Assembly: GCA_964615185.1 (NCBI GenBank)
Contig: CAZTOS010000049.1
Coordinates: 1-11,741 of the forward strand
DNA length: 11,741 bases
Reading direction: 5' to 3'
Origin: an uncultured Thermococci archaeon
Lineage (GTDB): Archaea > Methanobacteriota_B > Thermococci > Thermococcales > Thermococcaceae
The notes under the pieces: generated by a model
The model's input: the letters and a program-made list of their open reading frames with translations, nothing else
What the model was told of the DNA's origin: nothing
Databases searched by the model: none
In this document: one piece after another, positions 1 to 10,115 of the stretch
How positions within the stretch are numbered: position 1 is the stretch's first letter
How the letters are laid out: every line of letters starts with the position of its first letter
Position numbers and translations under genes: made by a program

Positions 1-160
1 GGATTAGCCCCAGTTTCCCGGGGTTATCCCCCTCCCGAGGGTAGGTTACCGACGTGTTACTGAGCCGTCCGCCGGTGGTGTCCCAGAAGGGACACCCCCA
101 TGACTCGCATGGCTTAGTCGGACCCCCATAGCAGTGGCCTCCGGCAGGATCAACCGGAAT
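1..160 (-). rRNA. rrs: 16S rRNA gene, 5' end (partial; continues beyond the left edge)
   Basis: The reverse complement from 160 reads ATTCCGGTTGATCCTGCCGGAGGCCACTGCTATGGGGGTCCGACTAAGCCATGCGAGTC...GGACGGCTCAGTAACACGTCGGTAACCTACCCTCGGGAGGGGGATAACCCCGGGAAACTGGGGCTAATCC. This is the canonical archaeal 16S 5' terminus, Thermococcales type. Confidence 0.99.
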
Positions 161-400
161 TGCTATAGGAGTACGGCCGGTGGGACTCCCCATAAAAGGG
201 GAGTACCAAAATCCCATCCGGGGTTTAGTCGGGGTGTTGGACCTGCCTTACCCCCGAGGGGTTCCCTTTCGGGTTTTCCTCGGGAGTGCATTGGTTGTGC
301 CCTTGGTTGGAGGGCGGGGTTCATGTTGGGTGCTTTGCACCCATTCCCCCCGACGCCGCCGTCTTGGCACCAGGGCTTTGCCCCCTTATTCGGGGGCTCC
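161..400 (-). ncRNA. Pre-rRNA 5' external transcribed spacer (leader), highly structured
   Basis: GC-rich stretch between the AT-rich promoter and the mature 16S 5' end. Stems: ACTCCCC/GGGGAGT (185-191/198-204); CCCGAGG/CCTCGGG (253-259/278-284) enclosing CCC-GAAA-GGG on the minus strand; TGGGTGC/GCACCCA (327-333/337-343); GCCCCC/GGGGGC (380-385/392-397). The 5' boundary is inferred from promoter spacing. Confidence 0.8.
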
Positions 401-423
401 ATCCAATACTTAGCAACACTACC

Positions 424-438
424 AATAAAAAATTTTTG
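424..438 (-). promoter_or_regulatory. Putative rRNA operon promoter (BRE + TATA-like box)
   Basis: Minus strand CAAAAA-T-TTTTTATT lies about 24 nt upstream of the start of the GC-rich leader (about 400). An alternative TATA-like TATATAAG lies at 446-453. Confidence 0.55.
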
Positions 439-500
439 CAAAACACTTATATAGTTAGAAAATTTCCAAATTCATGTCAAATAGTTTCATTACGCAACAT

Positions 501-525
501 GAAATAAACAAAAAAATGTTGAAAA
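501..525 (-). terminator. Oligo-T terminator downstream of prs
   Basis: Minus strand TTTTCAACATTTTTTTGTTTATTTC directly follows the prs stop codon, as is typical of archaeal U-tract terminators. Confidence 0.6.
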
Positions 526-1380
526 CTAAGGCATCAAGATGTCTTCAACAATGCTGATTTTTGAAACCGGGGTTGGAATGGTATTTGTTACTGCCAGTTC
601 ATCAACAGCTTTGCTGACTCTTTCTATAGCTCCCTCAGCAAAGACTCCATGGGTCGCTGTAACATATATCTTCTTAACTCCCATCTTCTTCAATATGTTT
701 GCTGCTCTTATCATTGTGCCACCTGTGCTTATGATGTCATCTACTATGAGAACGTTTTTTCCAGTAACATCTATGTCAACTGGAGTCATTTGAACCTCAG
801 TTGGAGAGATTCTCTTCTTTTCAAAATGGCTAAATTCTACATTCAGAATTTCAGCAACAGCTTTTGCCCTCTCTAAAGCCCCCTTATCTGGTGCCAAGAC
901 TATGCCTTCTCCAATTTTATCTTTGAAATAGTTAGCAATTGCTCTTGCTGGACTGAGATTGACGGCTTTTCCTGGGAAAAATTCAAGTGTTTGAGGATTG
1001 TGCAAGTCAAAAACATAGAGTTCATCATAATAAATGCCTATTGCCGTCATAACAGCCCTAACGCTTATTGGTTCTCCATCCTTTGTAACCCTGTCCTGTC
1101 GTGAATATGCAAGATAAGGGACGACTGCTATTAGCTTTTCAAATCCCTTTTCTTTGAGTGCATCCCCTAATAGCAGAAGTTCAATTAAGTGTTCATCTTG
1201 TGGAGAGAAAGTGGACTGTACAACAATGGCTTTGTTCCCATCTCCAAGTACCCTGACGTATTTTTCCCCATCTGGGAATTTCTTGATTTCTACTTCAAGG
1301 AGTTCTTTCTCATAGTTTTGAATTTTTCTTCTGATTTCTTCCTTTAAATGCTGAGCACCGCTACCAAGAACAACCTTCAT
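526..1380 (-). CDS. prs: Ribose-phosphate pyrophosphokinase (PRPP synthetase)
   Basis: Motifs [29 protein letters not shown] and the PRPP-binding loop [10 protein letters not shown], plus ATHGVF and TNTI. SD sequence GGAGGTGA at 1385-1392 (minus). Confidence 0.97.
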   Translation of the reverse strand: MKVVLGSGAQHLKEEIRRKIQNYEKELLEVEIKKFPDGEKYVRVLGDGNKAIVVQSTFSPQDEHLIELLLLGDALKEKGFEKLIAVVPYLAYSRQDRVTKDGEPISVRAVMTAIGIYYDELYVFDLHNPQTLEFFPGKAVNLSPARAIANYFKDKIGEGIVLAPDKGALERAKAVAEILNVEFSHFEKKRISPTEVQMTPVDIDVTGKNVLIVDDIISTGGTMIRAANILKKMGVKKIYVTATHGVFAEGAIERVSKAVDELAVTNTIPTPVSKISIVEDILMP

Positions 1381-1391
1381 ACTATCACCTC

Positions 1392-2090
1392 CTAAACCAG
1401 TAATACAGCGATTATACCAGCAAGGAAAATACCGTCAAATGTGCCGGCACCTCCAATACTTACCATTGGAGCTCCAAGTTCTTTGATTTTATTCCAGTTA
1501 AGCAAATCTGCTCCGATTAAAACTCCCATAGTACCACTTGCATATGCTATGGCTGGTTTGTTTGGACCTCCAAGCAGAAGGGCTAATGATGCGGCTATTA
1601 AGGGTGGAATGAAAGTTGGAATTGCTATTCCGAGTCCCTTTACAGGCTTAGAGAAAAAATGACTGAGTATTGTGGCTATGAGTATTGCCACAAGGATTCT
1701 AATAATTAATTCTGTATTTCCAATAATAGCAAATCTGAGGAACTCATAAGTAACTATGCTTAGAGGAACAAGTGCTCCTCCCACGTTTATCGCAATGATC
1801 ATTTTCTGTTCTCCCCAATCAGTGTAAGGGACGGGATACCTAATGCCAAAGAAGCTAACCTCTTTAACTTTCAAAATTGGTGCGTAGGTCCTGGTTTCGG
1901 CTATGGGGATATTTATGAAGCTACCGATTAATGATGCCCAGAACAAAGTATAGGCAACTGGGAGAGGGAGACCAAGCTTTTGAAATGCCAGTGTTATAGT
2001 TCCTGCAAAGAGCAGAAATAATATGGGTATTAGCAACAGGAAGAGTATAAAAAGTGGCAGGCTTAGAGGAAGGAAGAGGAACTTTTTCAT
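1392..2090 (-). CDS. Multi-pass membrane protein, DUF1614 (COG4089)-like, unknown function
   Basis: 232 aa with many hydrophobic segments. Motifs [33 protein letters not shown] and [13 protein letters not shown] match DUF1614 as I recall it. The ATG overlaps the upstream stop (ATGA, 2087-2090). Confidence 0.85.
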   Translation of the reverse strand: MKKFLFLPLSLPLFILFLLLIPILFLLFAGTITLAFQKLGLPLPVAYTLFWASLIGSFINIPIAETRTYAPILKVKEVSFFGIRYPVPYTDWGEQKMIIAINVGGALVPLSIVTYEFLRFAIIGNTELIIRILVAILIATILSHFFSKPVKGLGIAIPTFIPPLIAASLALLLGGPNKPAIAYASGTMGVLIGADLLNWNKIKELGAPMVSIGGAGTFDGIFLAGIIAVLLV

Positions 2091-2449
2091 GTCTTGAACC
2101 CCCTAATATTCACCCATATCTGGGCGCCATTTGCCATGATGACTTCTTTTGGTTTTTTAAATTTTTGGGGATTGGATAGCACCCAGGCATAGAGTTTCTC
2201 CCCTTTTGCATATTTCTTTAAAAACTCATAATCTGCTAAGTGCTTATCTTTATGATTTGTTAGTTCTTCTGGCGTAAAAGGTCCAAGAACATCAATCAGT
2301 TCGACTTTTCCTATCGCCTTCTTTTTGCTTATTATGGAAATTTCCCCTCTAATCTTCGTATTGCTTTTCCTTATTTCCCAAACTTTTTTGCCTTCAACTA
2401 TCCATGAAGCAAAAGGTTCTCGCACTATTAATCCTTTCATCTTTCTCAT
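2087..2449 (-). CDS. ASCH domain protein (PUA-like fold, predicted nucleic-acid binding)
   Basis: LIVREPFASWIVEGKKVWEIR contains the ASCH GxKxxExR signature, followed by AIGKVEL and LYAWVL. The C-terminal GAQIW is also typical. Confidence 0.88.
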   Translation of the reverse strand: MRKMKGLIVREPFASWIVEGKKVWEIRKSNTKIRGEISIISKKKAIGKVELIDVLGPFTPEELTNHKDKHLADYEFLKKYAKGEKLYAWVLSNPQKFKKPKEVIMANGAQIWVNIRGFKT

Positions 2450-2470
2450 TATTTTTAGTTTAAATATCCC

Positions 2471-2478
2471 TTTATAAA
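2471..2478 (-). promoter_or_regulatory. TATA box for the ASCH-DUF1614-prs operon (probably a leaderless transcript)
   Basis: TTTATAAA begins 29 nt upstream of the ATG at 2449, and there is no SD sequence before that ATG. Confidence 0.6.
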
Positions 2479-2529
2479 CTCAACTATTTACTATTAAATG
2501 CTGGATTTTTAAGGGAACAAACAACAAAT

Positions 2530-2572
2530 GGAAAGATTTAAGTTTAAGGATAACGAAGTCTTATTTCGGAGG
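2530..2572 (+). promoter_or_regulatory. BRE/TATA and SD for the MBL hydrolase-radB unit
   Basis: GGAAAG-A-TTTAAG (2530-2542), then GGAGG (2568-2572) 8 nt before the ATG at 2581. Confidence 0.6.
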
Positions 2573-2580
2573 CAGAGCCA

Positions 2581-3216
2581 ATGAAAATTGTATGGTATGG
2601 TCATGCATGTTTTCTTATTGAGACAAGAGGAGTGAGAATTTTAATAGATCCCTATCCAGATGTTGACGATGATAAAATTGGAGAAATTGATTATATTTTT
2701 GTAACTCATGAACATAGTGATCATTATGGAAAAACTCCCCTTTTAGCAAGACTCAGAAAGGCAAGGGTTATTGGGCCGAAAACTGTCTATTTAATGGCAA
2801 TCAGTGATGGGATAACCGATGTGCAGGTCATTGAAGAGGGTCAGGAAATTGAACTTAAAAATGGAGTTAGAGTTAGAGGAATATATGCAGAACATCCCTC
2901 AAGTCAGTACCCTCTTGGCTATCTAATATTTGGAGAAAAAAGAATCTGGCATACCGGAGATACTTATTATACGCCTCTTTTTAATAGACTTAAGGGAATG
3001 GTTGACATAATCCTTGTCCCGATAAGTGGTCGCTCCACAGCCAGTGAAAGAGAAGCTGCCGATATAATCGAAGCGGTGAGACCAAGAATAGCCATACCAA
3101 TGCATTATGGGGTTTATGGATCGGGAAGTGTTGAAAAGCTTCAGGAGGAACTTAGAAAGAGAAGAGTTTGGGTCTTGGTAAAGCCTCTAACTGTTGGAGA
3201 AGTCTTTCATATATAA
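2581..3216 (+). CDS. MBL-fold metallo-hydrolase (UPF0173/UlaG-like)
   Basis: [19 protein letters not shown] (HxHxDH), EH, HTGDT and IPMHYG together form a complete metallo-beta-lactamase-fold motif set. Confidence 0.92.
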   Translation: MKIVWYGHACFLIETRGVRILIDPYPDVDDDKIGEIDYIFVTHEHSDHYGKTPLLARLRKARVIGPKTVYLMAISDGITDVQVIEEGQEIELKNGVRVRGIYAEHPSSQYPLGYLIFGEKRIWHTGDTYYTPLFNRLKGMVDIILVPISGRSTASEREAADIIEAVRPRIAIPMHYGVYGSGSVEKLQEELRKRRVWVLVKPLTVGEVFHI

Positions 3217-3227
3217 TTGGTGGTTCT

Positions 3228-3893
3228 ATGGAAAAGTTAACAACAGGCAGTAAAAACTTAGATGAACTCTTGGGAGGAGGAATTGGAAGGGGTGTGCTAA
3301 CTCAGGTATATGGAGCTTTTGCTACTGGAAAAACTACGTTAGCAATGCAAGTTGGCATGCTCAATAAGGGTAAAGTAGTGTACATAGATACGGAAGGGGG
3401 TTTCTCTCCAGAAAGGCTTAAACTGATGGCAGAAAAGAGGGGCATAGACCCGGAAGAGACTCTTCAAAGATTCATAATTTTTGAGCCTCATGATTTTAAA
3501 GAGCAGAAGAGGGTTATATCAAGACTTAAGACAGTAGTGAATAGTAGGTTTGCTCTTGTTGTTGTGGATTCTGTAACATCTCATTATAGGGTGGAGAAGG
3601 ATAGGCAAAGCTTAAATGTAGAATTAGGAAAGCAGCTTCAAGTTCTTTTATGGCTTGCGAGGAAATATAATTTAGCTGTGATAGTTGTTAACCAAGTTTA
3701 TTTCGACTCGAATTCTGGATCATTAAAACCAATTGCAGAACACACTTTGGGGTATAAATGTAAGGATATACTTAGGCTTGAAAAACTCAGCAAACCAGGA
3801 ATAAGAATTGCTATTTTGGAAAGGCATCGTTTTAGACCTGAGGGGGGAATAGTCTACTTCAAGATTACCGATAGAGGGATTGAGGATATTTAG
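3228..3893 (+). CDS. radB: DNA repair and recombination protein RadB
   Basis: Short RecA/RadA paralog without the RadA N-terminal domain. Motifs: LTTGSKNLDELLGGG, Walker A GAFATGKT, YIDTEGGF, Walker B VVVDS, VNQVY, and a C-terminal basic RHR patch. Start re-assigned to the ATG at 3228, which has SD GGTGG at 3219-3223. Confidence 0.95.
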   Translation: MEKLTTGSKNLDELLGGGIGRGVLTQVYGAFATGKTTLAMQVGMLNKGKVVYIDTEGGFSPERLKLMAEKRGIDPEETLQRFIIFEPHDFKEQKRVISRLKTVVNSRFALVVVDSVTSHYRVEKDRQSLNVELGKQLQVLLWLARKYNLAVIVVNQVYFDSNSGSLKPIAEHTLGYKCKDILRLEKLSKPGIRIAILERHRFRPEGGIVYFKITDRGIEDI

Positions 3894-3920
3894 TTTAAGA
3901 AAAAGAAAGAGTGGGGTAAA
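3894..3920 (-). terminator. Pyrimidine/U-rich terminator after fau-1, in the convergent radB/fau-1 gap
   Basis: Minus strand TTTACCCCACTCTTTCTTTTTCTTAAA follows the fau-1 stop. Confidence 0.55.
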
Positions 3921-5336
3921 TTAAATCTTTTCAAAGACCTCTTGAGTTATACGCAATGTAGCTTTATACAGCTTTTCACTTATTATACCCTCTTCGTAGT
4001 GTCTTTTTAGATCTTCCTTATCAATTATCTCCTTTTTCCCATCTGGCCACTTTACGATATCAACTTCGAGATCTATGTACCTTGCTCTGTCGGGGTATAT
4101 CTCAATTGGTGTGTTTATGTTATAGTATTCTCCCTTCAGATTACCATCTTTATCGTAATAGCTATGTTTATACCACCATTTGCCCTCTTCTATCTCGGTT
4201 ATTGCATAGTCACCATATTCAATTGGAAGCTCCAGTCCATCATATACTTTCCCTGGTTTGAGATTCCGCTTTATTTTTATTCGGAGGGGATTTATTGAAA
4301 CTTCCAAAATCTCTCCCGGCCCTATTCTTACTTTTTGCCCATCTGGCTTTATGTGTTCTAAGGTAAATAGCCACCCTATTTTTGGTCCCTTATTCTCAAC
4401 TAAAGCTTCCATAAATCCTTCCCTGACTTTAATCCTCTGAGATGGTATTTTTGAGAGAATGCCTTCGGCAATTTCGACGGCAAAACTGAATTCGGGGTCA
4501 TATGCTTTGAATTGGTGATGCCCTTCTATTGTTGGTAGAACTTCATTTCTAATGTTATCGAGTTTTTTCCTTGTGCCTCCTCCGAACTCTACTTCATATA
4601 TGTCTCTCCCCTCGATTATCTTTGTAGGTGCGGAGTGTCTGTCTGCGTCTTTTAGCTTATCTGCAATTTTTGATAGGTTCACCAGCTCATCCCTTAGAGT
4701 ATTCCAGTCTTTGTATGCAGCAGCAGTCCTCCAAAGTATTCCCCATTCTCCTAAATCAACGCTTAATCCGAGAATTCTAAGCCTTTCCCTCTCCTCTAAA
4801 TCTCGTATTTTTCTTGAAATCTTTACATGTCTCTGGGCTCCAATTGGTTTAGGTATCAATACGGCGTAATCTCCGGGAATTGTCAGCAGAGTACTGAGAT
4901 GGGGCAGTACATTATGTTTTTTAACTTGGACTAAAATCTCATCACCTTCCGCAGCATCAGGTACTTCCTCTATGAGTACAGTTCCAATAGCACTGCCTAT
5001 GTCCACATATACGTATTGCTCATCTCTTTTGACCACTATTCCTTTGTATATACCATAAAGCTGATAGGGCATTTTCCTAAAAAACACATCTATAAATTCT
5101 TCCTCAAAAACACTCTTAACCTTATCAACTTTGGTTCCGACTAAAACAACTCCTCTATTATCCTTTCTGTCGTATATATCAACATCAAATTCACTGTATG
5201 TCTTTTCAATTTTCAATCTTTCTGCTATTTTCTGGCTGGGCTGACTAATCTTAAATCCTCTATCCAGTAGCAACTTTGTCAATGCTGTGCTGTATATTCC
5301 CCTAATCCTCACCGAAACCTCTGAGTTTGTAGACAC
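3921..5336 (-). CDS. fau-1: RNA-binding protein / probable ribonuclease FAU-1 (AU-1; S1-like and RNase E/G-like N-part, DUF402 C-part)
   Basis: [16 protein letters not shown]-terminus; [30 protein letters not shown]-terminal [20 protein letters not shown]. Closely matches Pyrococcus FAU-1 as recalled. Start re-assigned to the GTG at 5336 (MSTNSE..), with SD GAGGTGGTGA just upstream. Confidence 0.95.
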   Translation of the reverse strand: MSTNSEVSVRIRGIYSTALTKLLLDRGFKISQPSQKIAERLKIEKTYSEFDVDIYDRKDNRGVVLVGTKVDKVKSVFEEEFIDVFFRKMPYQLYGIYKGIVVKRDEQYVYVDIGSAIGTVLIEEVPDAAEGDEILVQVKKHNVLPHLSTLLTIPGDYAVLIPKPIGAQRHVKISRKIRDLEERERLRILGLSVDLGEWGILWRTAAAYKDWNTLRDELVNLSKIADKLKDADRHSAPTKIIEGRDIYEVEFGGGTRKKLDNIRNEVLPTIEGHHQFKAYDPEFSFAVEIAEGILSKIPSQRIKVREGFMEALVENKGPKIGWLFTLEHIKPDGQKVRIGPGEILEVSINPLRIKIKRNLKPGKVYDGLELPIEYGDYAITEIEEGKWWYKHSYYDKDGNLKGEYYNINTPIEIYPDRARYIDLEVDIVKWPDGKKEIIDKEDLKRHYEEGIISEKLYKATLRITQEVFEKI

Positions 5337-6060
5337 TTTCACCACCTCTTTTTCTTTTTTCCACAATCCCAATTAGTGTTAGACCATCCAAGATTTGAGC
5401 TGCATGCTCTCTCTTAATTCCAGTATTCTGCTCCACATTTCTTGGTTCAACCCACAGCAGACCTTTGGAATGCCATTCTTTTAGGGATTCTTCAATTTTG
5501 TAAACCCAAGAGGGATTAGAGTAAAGATGAAACATGAAATTTGTTAGGATGTTTACTCTCTCTTCAAGTTCCTCAATTTTTTTGAGTCTCTCAATTATAC
5601 TCGTTGGTGGCTTTTTCTCTTTTTCGCTTATGAAGATCAATCCCTCAATTTCTGCACTAAGTCGTTGCAATGATTGAGTTACCGAATAATCATAAATTCT
5701 GTGAAATTGGAACAATCTCTGAAGAGCGGCTTTTGCTTTGAGTTTTTCACTAAAGCTCTCTTTTGCATGCCCTAATATGCCCATTATCTCCTCAATTCTA
5801 AACTTCATTTGATGTTCATTTCTCTGAAGTTCTCTTCCGGTTTTTTCGAGCCGCCCTCTGACTGGAGCAATTCTTTTATAAATCTGAGATGCAATTTCAA
5901 ATTTTTTCTCACTCAGCTCATGAAGCTTGAGAATAACTTCCTCAACACCTTCAAGATAATCCTGATTTGCGTACTCGTAGAGTTTTAGGAACAGTTTTTC
6001 GAAGTCTTTATGGAGAGTCTCTGCTCTTAAAATTAGCTCTTTCAATTTTTCTACATCCAC
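5302..6060 (-). CDS. Hypothetical protein: long helical/coiled-coil region plus predicted C-terminal winged helix
   Basis: About 252 aa, E/K/L-rich heptad-like helices. The C-terminus ([42 protein letters not shown]) has a wHTH pattern. Start re-assigned to the GTG at 6060, with SD GGGGGAG at 6066-6072. Overlaps fau-1 by 35 nt. Confidence 0.8.
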   Translation of the reverse strand: MDVEKLKELILRAETLHKDFEKLFLKLYEYANQDYLEGVEEVILKLHELSEKKFEIASQIYKRIAPVRGRLEKTGRELQRNEHQMKFRIEEIMGILGHAKESFSEKLKAKAALQRLFQFHRIYDYSVTQSLQRLSAEIEGLIFISEKEKKPPTSIIERLKKIEELEERVNILTNFMFHLYSNPSWVYKIEESLKEWHSKGLLWVEPRNVEQNTGIKREHAAQILDGLTLIGIVEKRKRGGESVYKLRGFGED

Positions 6061-6142
6061 ATTTACTCCCCCTAATAATCTATGCTCATACATCATACTT
6101 TTACTTTTCGTTGTTAAACAAAAGCATTTTCCCATAATCTTT

Positions 6143-6179
6143 TTTTAAGTAGGTAAATTAATCAAAATAAGGAAGGTGA
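6143..6179 (+). promoter_or_regulatory. TATA-like box and SD for moaA
   Basis: TTTTAAG at 6143-6149 and AGGTGA at 6174-6179, before the ATG at 6184. Confidence 0.5.
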
Positions 6180-6183
6180 AATC

Positions 6184-7107
6184 ATGGTTTTGGTTGACAG
6201 ATTCGGAAGACCAGTAACGAATCTTAGGATCTCTGTAACTGAAGAATGCAATTTAAGTTGTTTTTACTGTCACAGAGAAGGACAGACGAAGGGAAAAAGG
6301 CAGATGACGCCAGAAGAGATTGAAAGGATAGTTAAGGTTGCCTCTAATCTTGGAATAAAGAAGGTAAAACTTACTGGTGGAGAACCCACAGTAAGGAATG
6401 ACATTGTTGAAATCGTCAAAAGAATACGGCCCTATGTTATGGATTTGTCAATGACAACAAATGGCACCATCATGGATAGACTCGCTGAAAATCTTAAAGC
6501 AGCGGGTTTAGACAGGGTGAATATAAGTCTGGATACTCTTGATAGAGAGAAGTATAAGAAAATAACTGGATTTGATGTTCTACCTTGGGTCTTAAAGGGC
6601 ATTGAAAAATCCGTTAGGTTGTTTAGGTTAGTTAAGCTTAACATGGTTGTCATGAAGGACTTGAATCATGATGAAATATGGGACATGATAAACTATGCGG
6701 CCAAGATTGGTGCAGTTCTTCAGCTCATAGAGATTGAAGTTCCTCGTGAAATGACTGAATCATGGTTTTTTAAACGGTACTTTTATCCGCTAAAGCCTCT
6801 TGAAGATGAATTTTCAAAGAAAGCTATTGAAATACGGGAAAGGAGAATGCACAGAAGGAAAAAGTATTTCATCCCGACTAAAAATGGTGTTGCTGAGGTT
6901 GAAGTTGTTCGTTCAATGCATAATACAGTATTCTGTGCAAATTGCACGAGAATAAGATTGACAGCTGATGGGTACTTAAAAACATGTCTCCTGAGAAGAG
7001 ATGACTTAATCGATATACTAACTCCTATTAGGAATGGTGCCACAGATGAAGAGCTTATTGAGATTTTTAAGCACGCAATAATGTTAAGACAGCCATATTG
7101 GGTGTGA
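6184..7107 (+). CDS. moaA: GTP 3',8-cyclase MoaA (radical SAM; molybdenum/tungsten cofactor biosynthesis)
   Basis: [20 protein letters not shown] (CxxxCxxC); [20 protein letters not shown]; second cluster motif [20 protein letters not shown] (Cx2Cx13C). Confidence 0.97.
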   Translation: MVLVDRFGRPVTNLRISVTEECNLSCFYCHREGQTKGKRQMTPEEIERIVKVASNLGIKKVKLTGGEPTVRNDIVEIVKRIRPYVMDLSMTTNGTIMDRLAENLKAAGLDRVNISLDTLDREKYKKITGFDVLPWVLKGIEKSVRLFRLVKLNMVVMKDLNHDEIWDMINYAAKIGAVLQLIEIEVPREMTESWFFKRYFYPLKPLEDEFSKKAIEIRERRMHRRKKYFIPTKNGVAEVEVVRSMHNTVFCANCTRIRLTADGYLKTCLLRRDDLIDILTPIRNGATDEELIEIFKHAIMLRQPYWV

Positions 7108-7169
7108 TCAGATGGAAACTACACTATTTGGAGCTGTTACAAAAGAAAACTTTGAAAAGAATAATAAGT

Positions 7170-8569
<1,400 letters not shown>

Positions 8570-8602
8570 GAATTCCACCGTAAAGTAGAAATGAAGGAGG
8601 GC

Positions 8603-10102
8603 TCATTTCTTTAAAAAGTCAAACAGCGTTGCCTGCTTACCTTTCTTCTTAGCTTTGTCAATCTTCTCCTCCTTCTTGGGTTTTTCTTCTTTCTCCCATT
8701 CTGCCTCTTCTATTTCCTTCTCGATTTCTTCGCTTTCTTTTTCTTCTTCAGAAACTTCTTCACTCTCTACTTCTGCAGTTTCTTCCTCATGCCCTTCTTC
8801 AATTTTCTCCTCTTCGACTTCTTTGGGAGGCTCTTCTTTTATCTCAATTCCAGCTTTTTTGAGCTTTCTGTGAATTGAGAGCGTTTTGCCCTTAATCTTT
8901 GTTGCTTTTTCTTTGTCTCCAGCTAAGAACTCTATCTCTTTATCTCCCAAATCCAGGAAAACCGCTATATGGGCAGCAACGTCTAAGTTGTTTTCAAAGA
9001 TTGTTTTGAATATCTGCATTGTCTCGATAGCTTCAAGCTTGCTCATGTGCATCTGCTTCATAATTTTCTTGATAATTGAGTCCCTAATTCCCCTTTCTTC
9101 CTTTGTATCCCTAAGCATTCTGAGGGTCTTTGGAGGATAAAATTTAAGAAATCCTTTCTTTTTCACTCCCGAAACTGCAACTCCTGCTGTCATCATGTCT
9201 ATTGCATACTTCCACAGCCCGTAGTTTCCGCTTCTTTTAGCCCTTCCAAGATATATATCAGCCCTGCTTATTGCATCATACGCTTCGGCAATATCTTCGG
9301 GTTTATAGTAAACGTATGGAATGTTTTCATCAACCCAGAGAAGCAACTCATCGGGTGTCATGTCTAAGTTCCACATTGCCATTTTTGCTCTCTTTGTATT
9401 GTCGCTTCCGAAAATCAGACCAAGTGCTTGGAAAACTGTTTTTTCCACATCTCTGTAAGCAAGTACTTCTTTTGCATCCTCTATTCCACCGGCAACCACG
9501 GTTTGCAAATCATTTATCGCAGCTCTTAAATCTCCGCTTGCTCTTTTTGCTATCTCCGCAACTATTTCCTTTGGCACGAATATGCCCTCTGCCTTAATAA
9601 TCCTAAAAAGTGCCTGCATAATCTCTCTTTGAGTCAATCTCTTGTATTCAACGACCTCGGCCTTATTTCTTATTTCAGCGGGCACTTCCCAGTATTTATT
9701 GGCGGCCATGATTATGGGATTTCTTGCCCTGTCTATGAGCTTTGCAATCTCATGAGCACCGCTTGGCTCTATGTTATCGACCTCATCTAAGAATATGAGC
9801 TTTCTCCTCCTTCCAAAAATGTCCATCGTATATGCGGCATCAAGGTAACGCCTTATTTTCTCGAAGGTTCTTTCATCACTTGCATTAAGCTCAATGACCT
9901 CAAACTTATACTCATTTGCTAAGGCATAGACTGTGGTCGTCTTTCCACTTCCTGGTGGGCCTGCAAGGAGGAGAGCCTTTTTCTTTGGCCGTCCATGAAA
10001 CCACTGCTTAATCCATGCTTCAACTTTTTCAAGAGCCCGTCTTTGGTTAACTATCTCTCTCAGCCTTTTTGGACGATACTTCTCAACCCAGGGTATGTCC
10101 AT
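8603..10102 (-). CDS. rfcL: Replication factor C large subunit
   Basis: PWVEKYRP; Walker [19 protein letters not shown]; Walker [18 protein letters not shown]; acidic tail ending in PIP box QATLFDF (8615-8635). Start placed at ATG 10102, with SD AGGTGA at 10108-10113. Confidence 0.97.
   Translation of the reverse strand: MDIPWVEKYRPKRLREIVNQRRALEKVEAWIKQWFHGRPKKKALLLAGPPGSGKTTTVYALANEYKFEVIELNASDERTFEKIRRYLDAAYTMDIFGRRRKLIFLDEVDNIEPSGAHEIAKLIDRARNPIIMAANKYWEVPAEIRNKAEVVEYKRLTQREIMQALFRIIKAEGIFVPKEIVAEIAKRASGDLRAAINDLQTVVAGGIEDAKEVLAYRDVEKTVFQALGLIFGSDNTKRAKMAMWNLDMTPDELLLWVDENIPYVYYKPEDIAEAYDAISRADIYLGRAKRSGNYGLWKYAIDMMTAGVAVSGVKKKGFLKFYPPKTLRMLRDTKEERGIRDSIIKKIMKQMHMSKLEAIETMQIFKTIFENNLDVAAHIAVFLDLGDKEIEFLAGDKEKATKIKGKTLSIHRKLKKAGIEIKEEPPKEVEEEKIEEGHEEETAEVESEEVSEEEKESEEIEKEIEEAEWEKEEKPKKEEKIDKAKKKGKQATLFDFLKK
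8636..8845 (-). repeat. Low-complexity Glu/Lys-rich linker of RfcL (GAA/GAG-rich)
   Basis: Encodes [58 protein letters not shown]. It is not a true tandem DNA repeat. Confidence 0.7.
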
Positions 10103-10115
10103 CGTGCTCACCTAA

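Noticed and set aside
177..397. Clustered hairpins as a possible CRISPR array, tRNA or independent ncRNA
   Set aside because: The hairpins differ in sequence, there is no repeat-spacer periodicity and no tRNA T-loop or cloverleaf. The rRNA leader explains them.
134..507. Four ORFs (134..454 +, 163..441 -, 180..413 +, 286..507 +)
   Set aside because: They overlap the 16S gene, leader and promoter. GC-rich structured RNA has few stop codons, and the G/P/R-rich translations do not resemble host proteins.
3168..3227. N-terminal extension of RadB in the ORF track
   Set aside because: It overlaps the MBL gene. The SD and the recognisable RadB sequence both point to ATG 3228.
5337..5372. Longer FAU-1 start at 5372
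   Set aside because: A strong SD precedes GTG 5336, and the recalled homolog begins MST.
2087..6060. ASCH + MBL + RecA-like ATPase + RNase + wHTH read as a novel defence system
   Set aside because: The genes fall in three differently oriented units, show no evident compositional shift from the host and have no mobility genes nearby. RadB and FAU-1 are recognisable housekeeping proteins.
6110..6119. GTTGTTAAAC as a SurR site (GTTn3AAC) between the divergent genes
   Set aside because: The spacing does not fit: GTT and AAC are 4 or 1 nt apart, not 3.
6061..6135. N-terminal extension (MGKCFCLTT...) of the coiled-coil protein
   Set aside because: It runs through the AT-rich divergent promoter region. 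The SD supports GTG 6060.
8655..8873. Ser-rich plus-strand ORF
   Set aside because: It is the antisense shadow of the Glu-rich RfcL tail.
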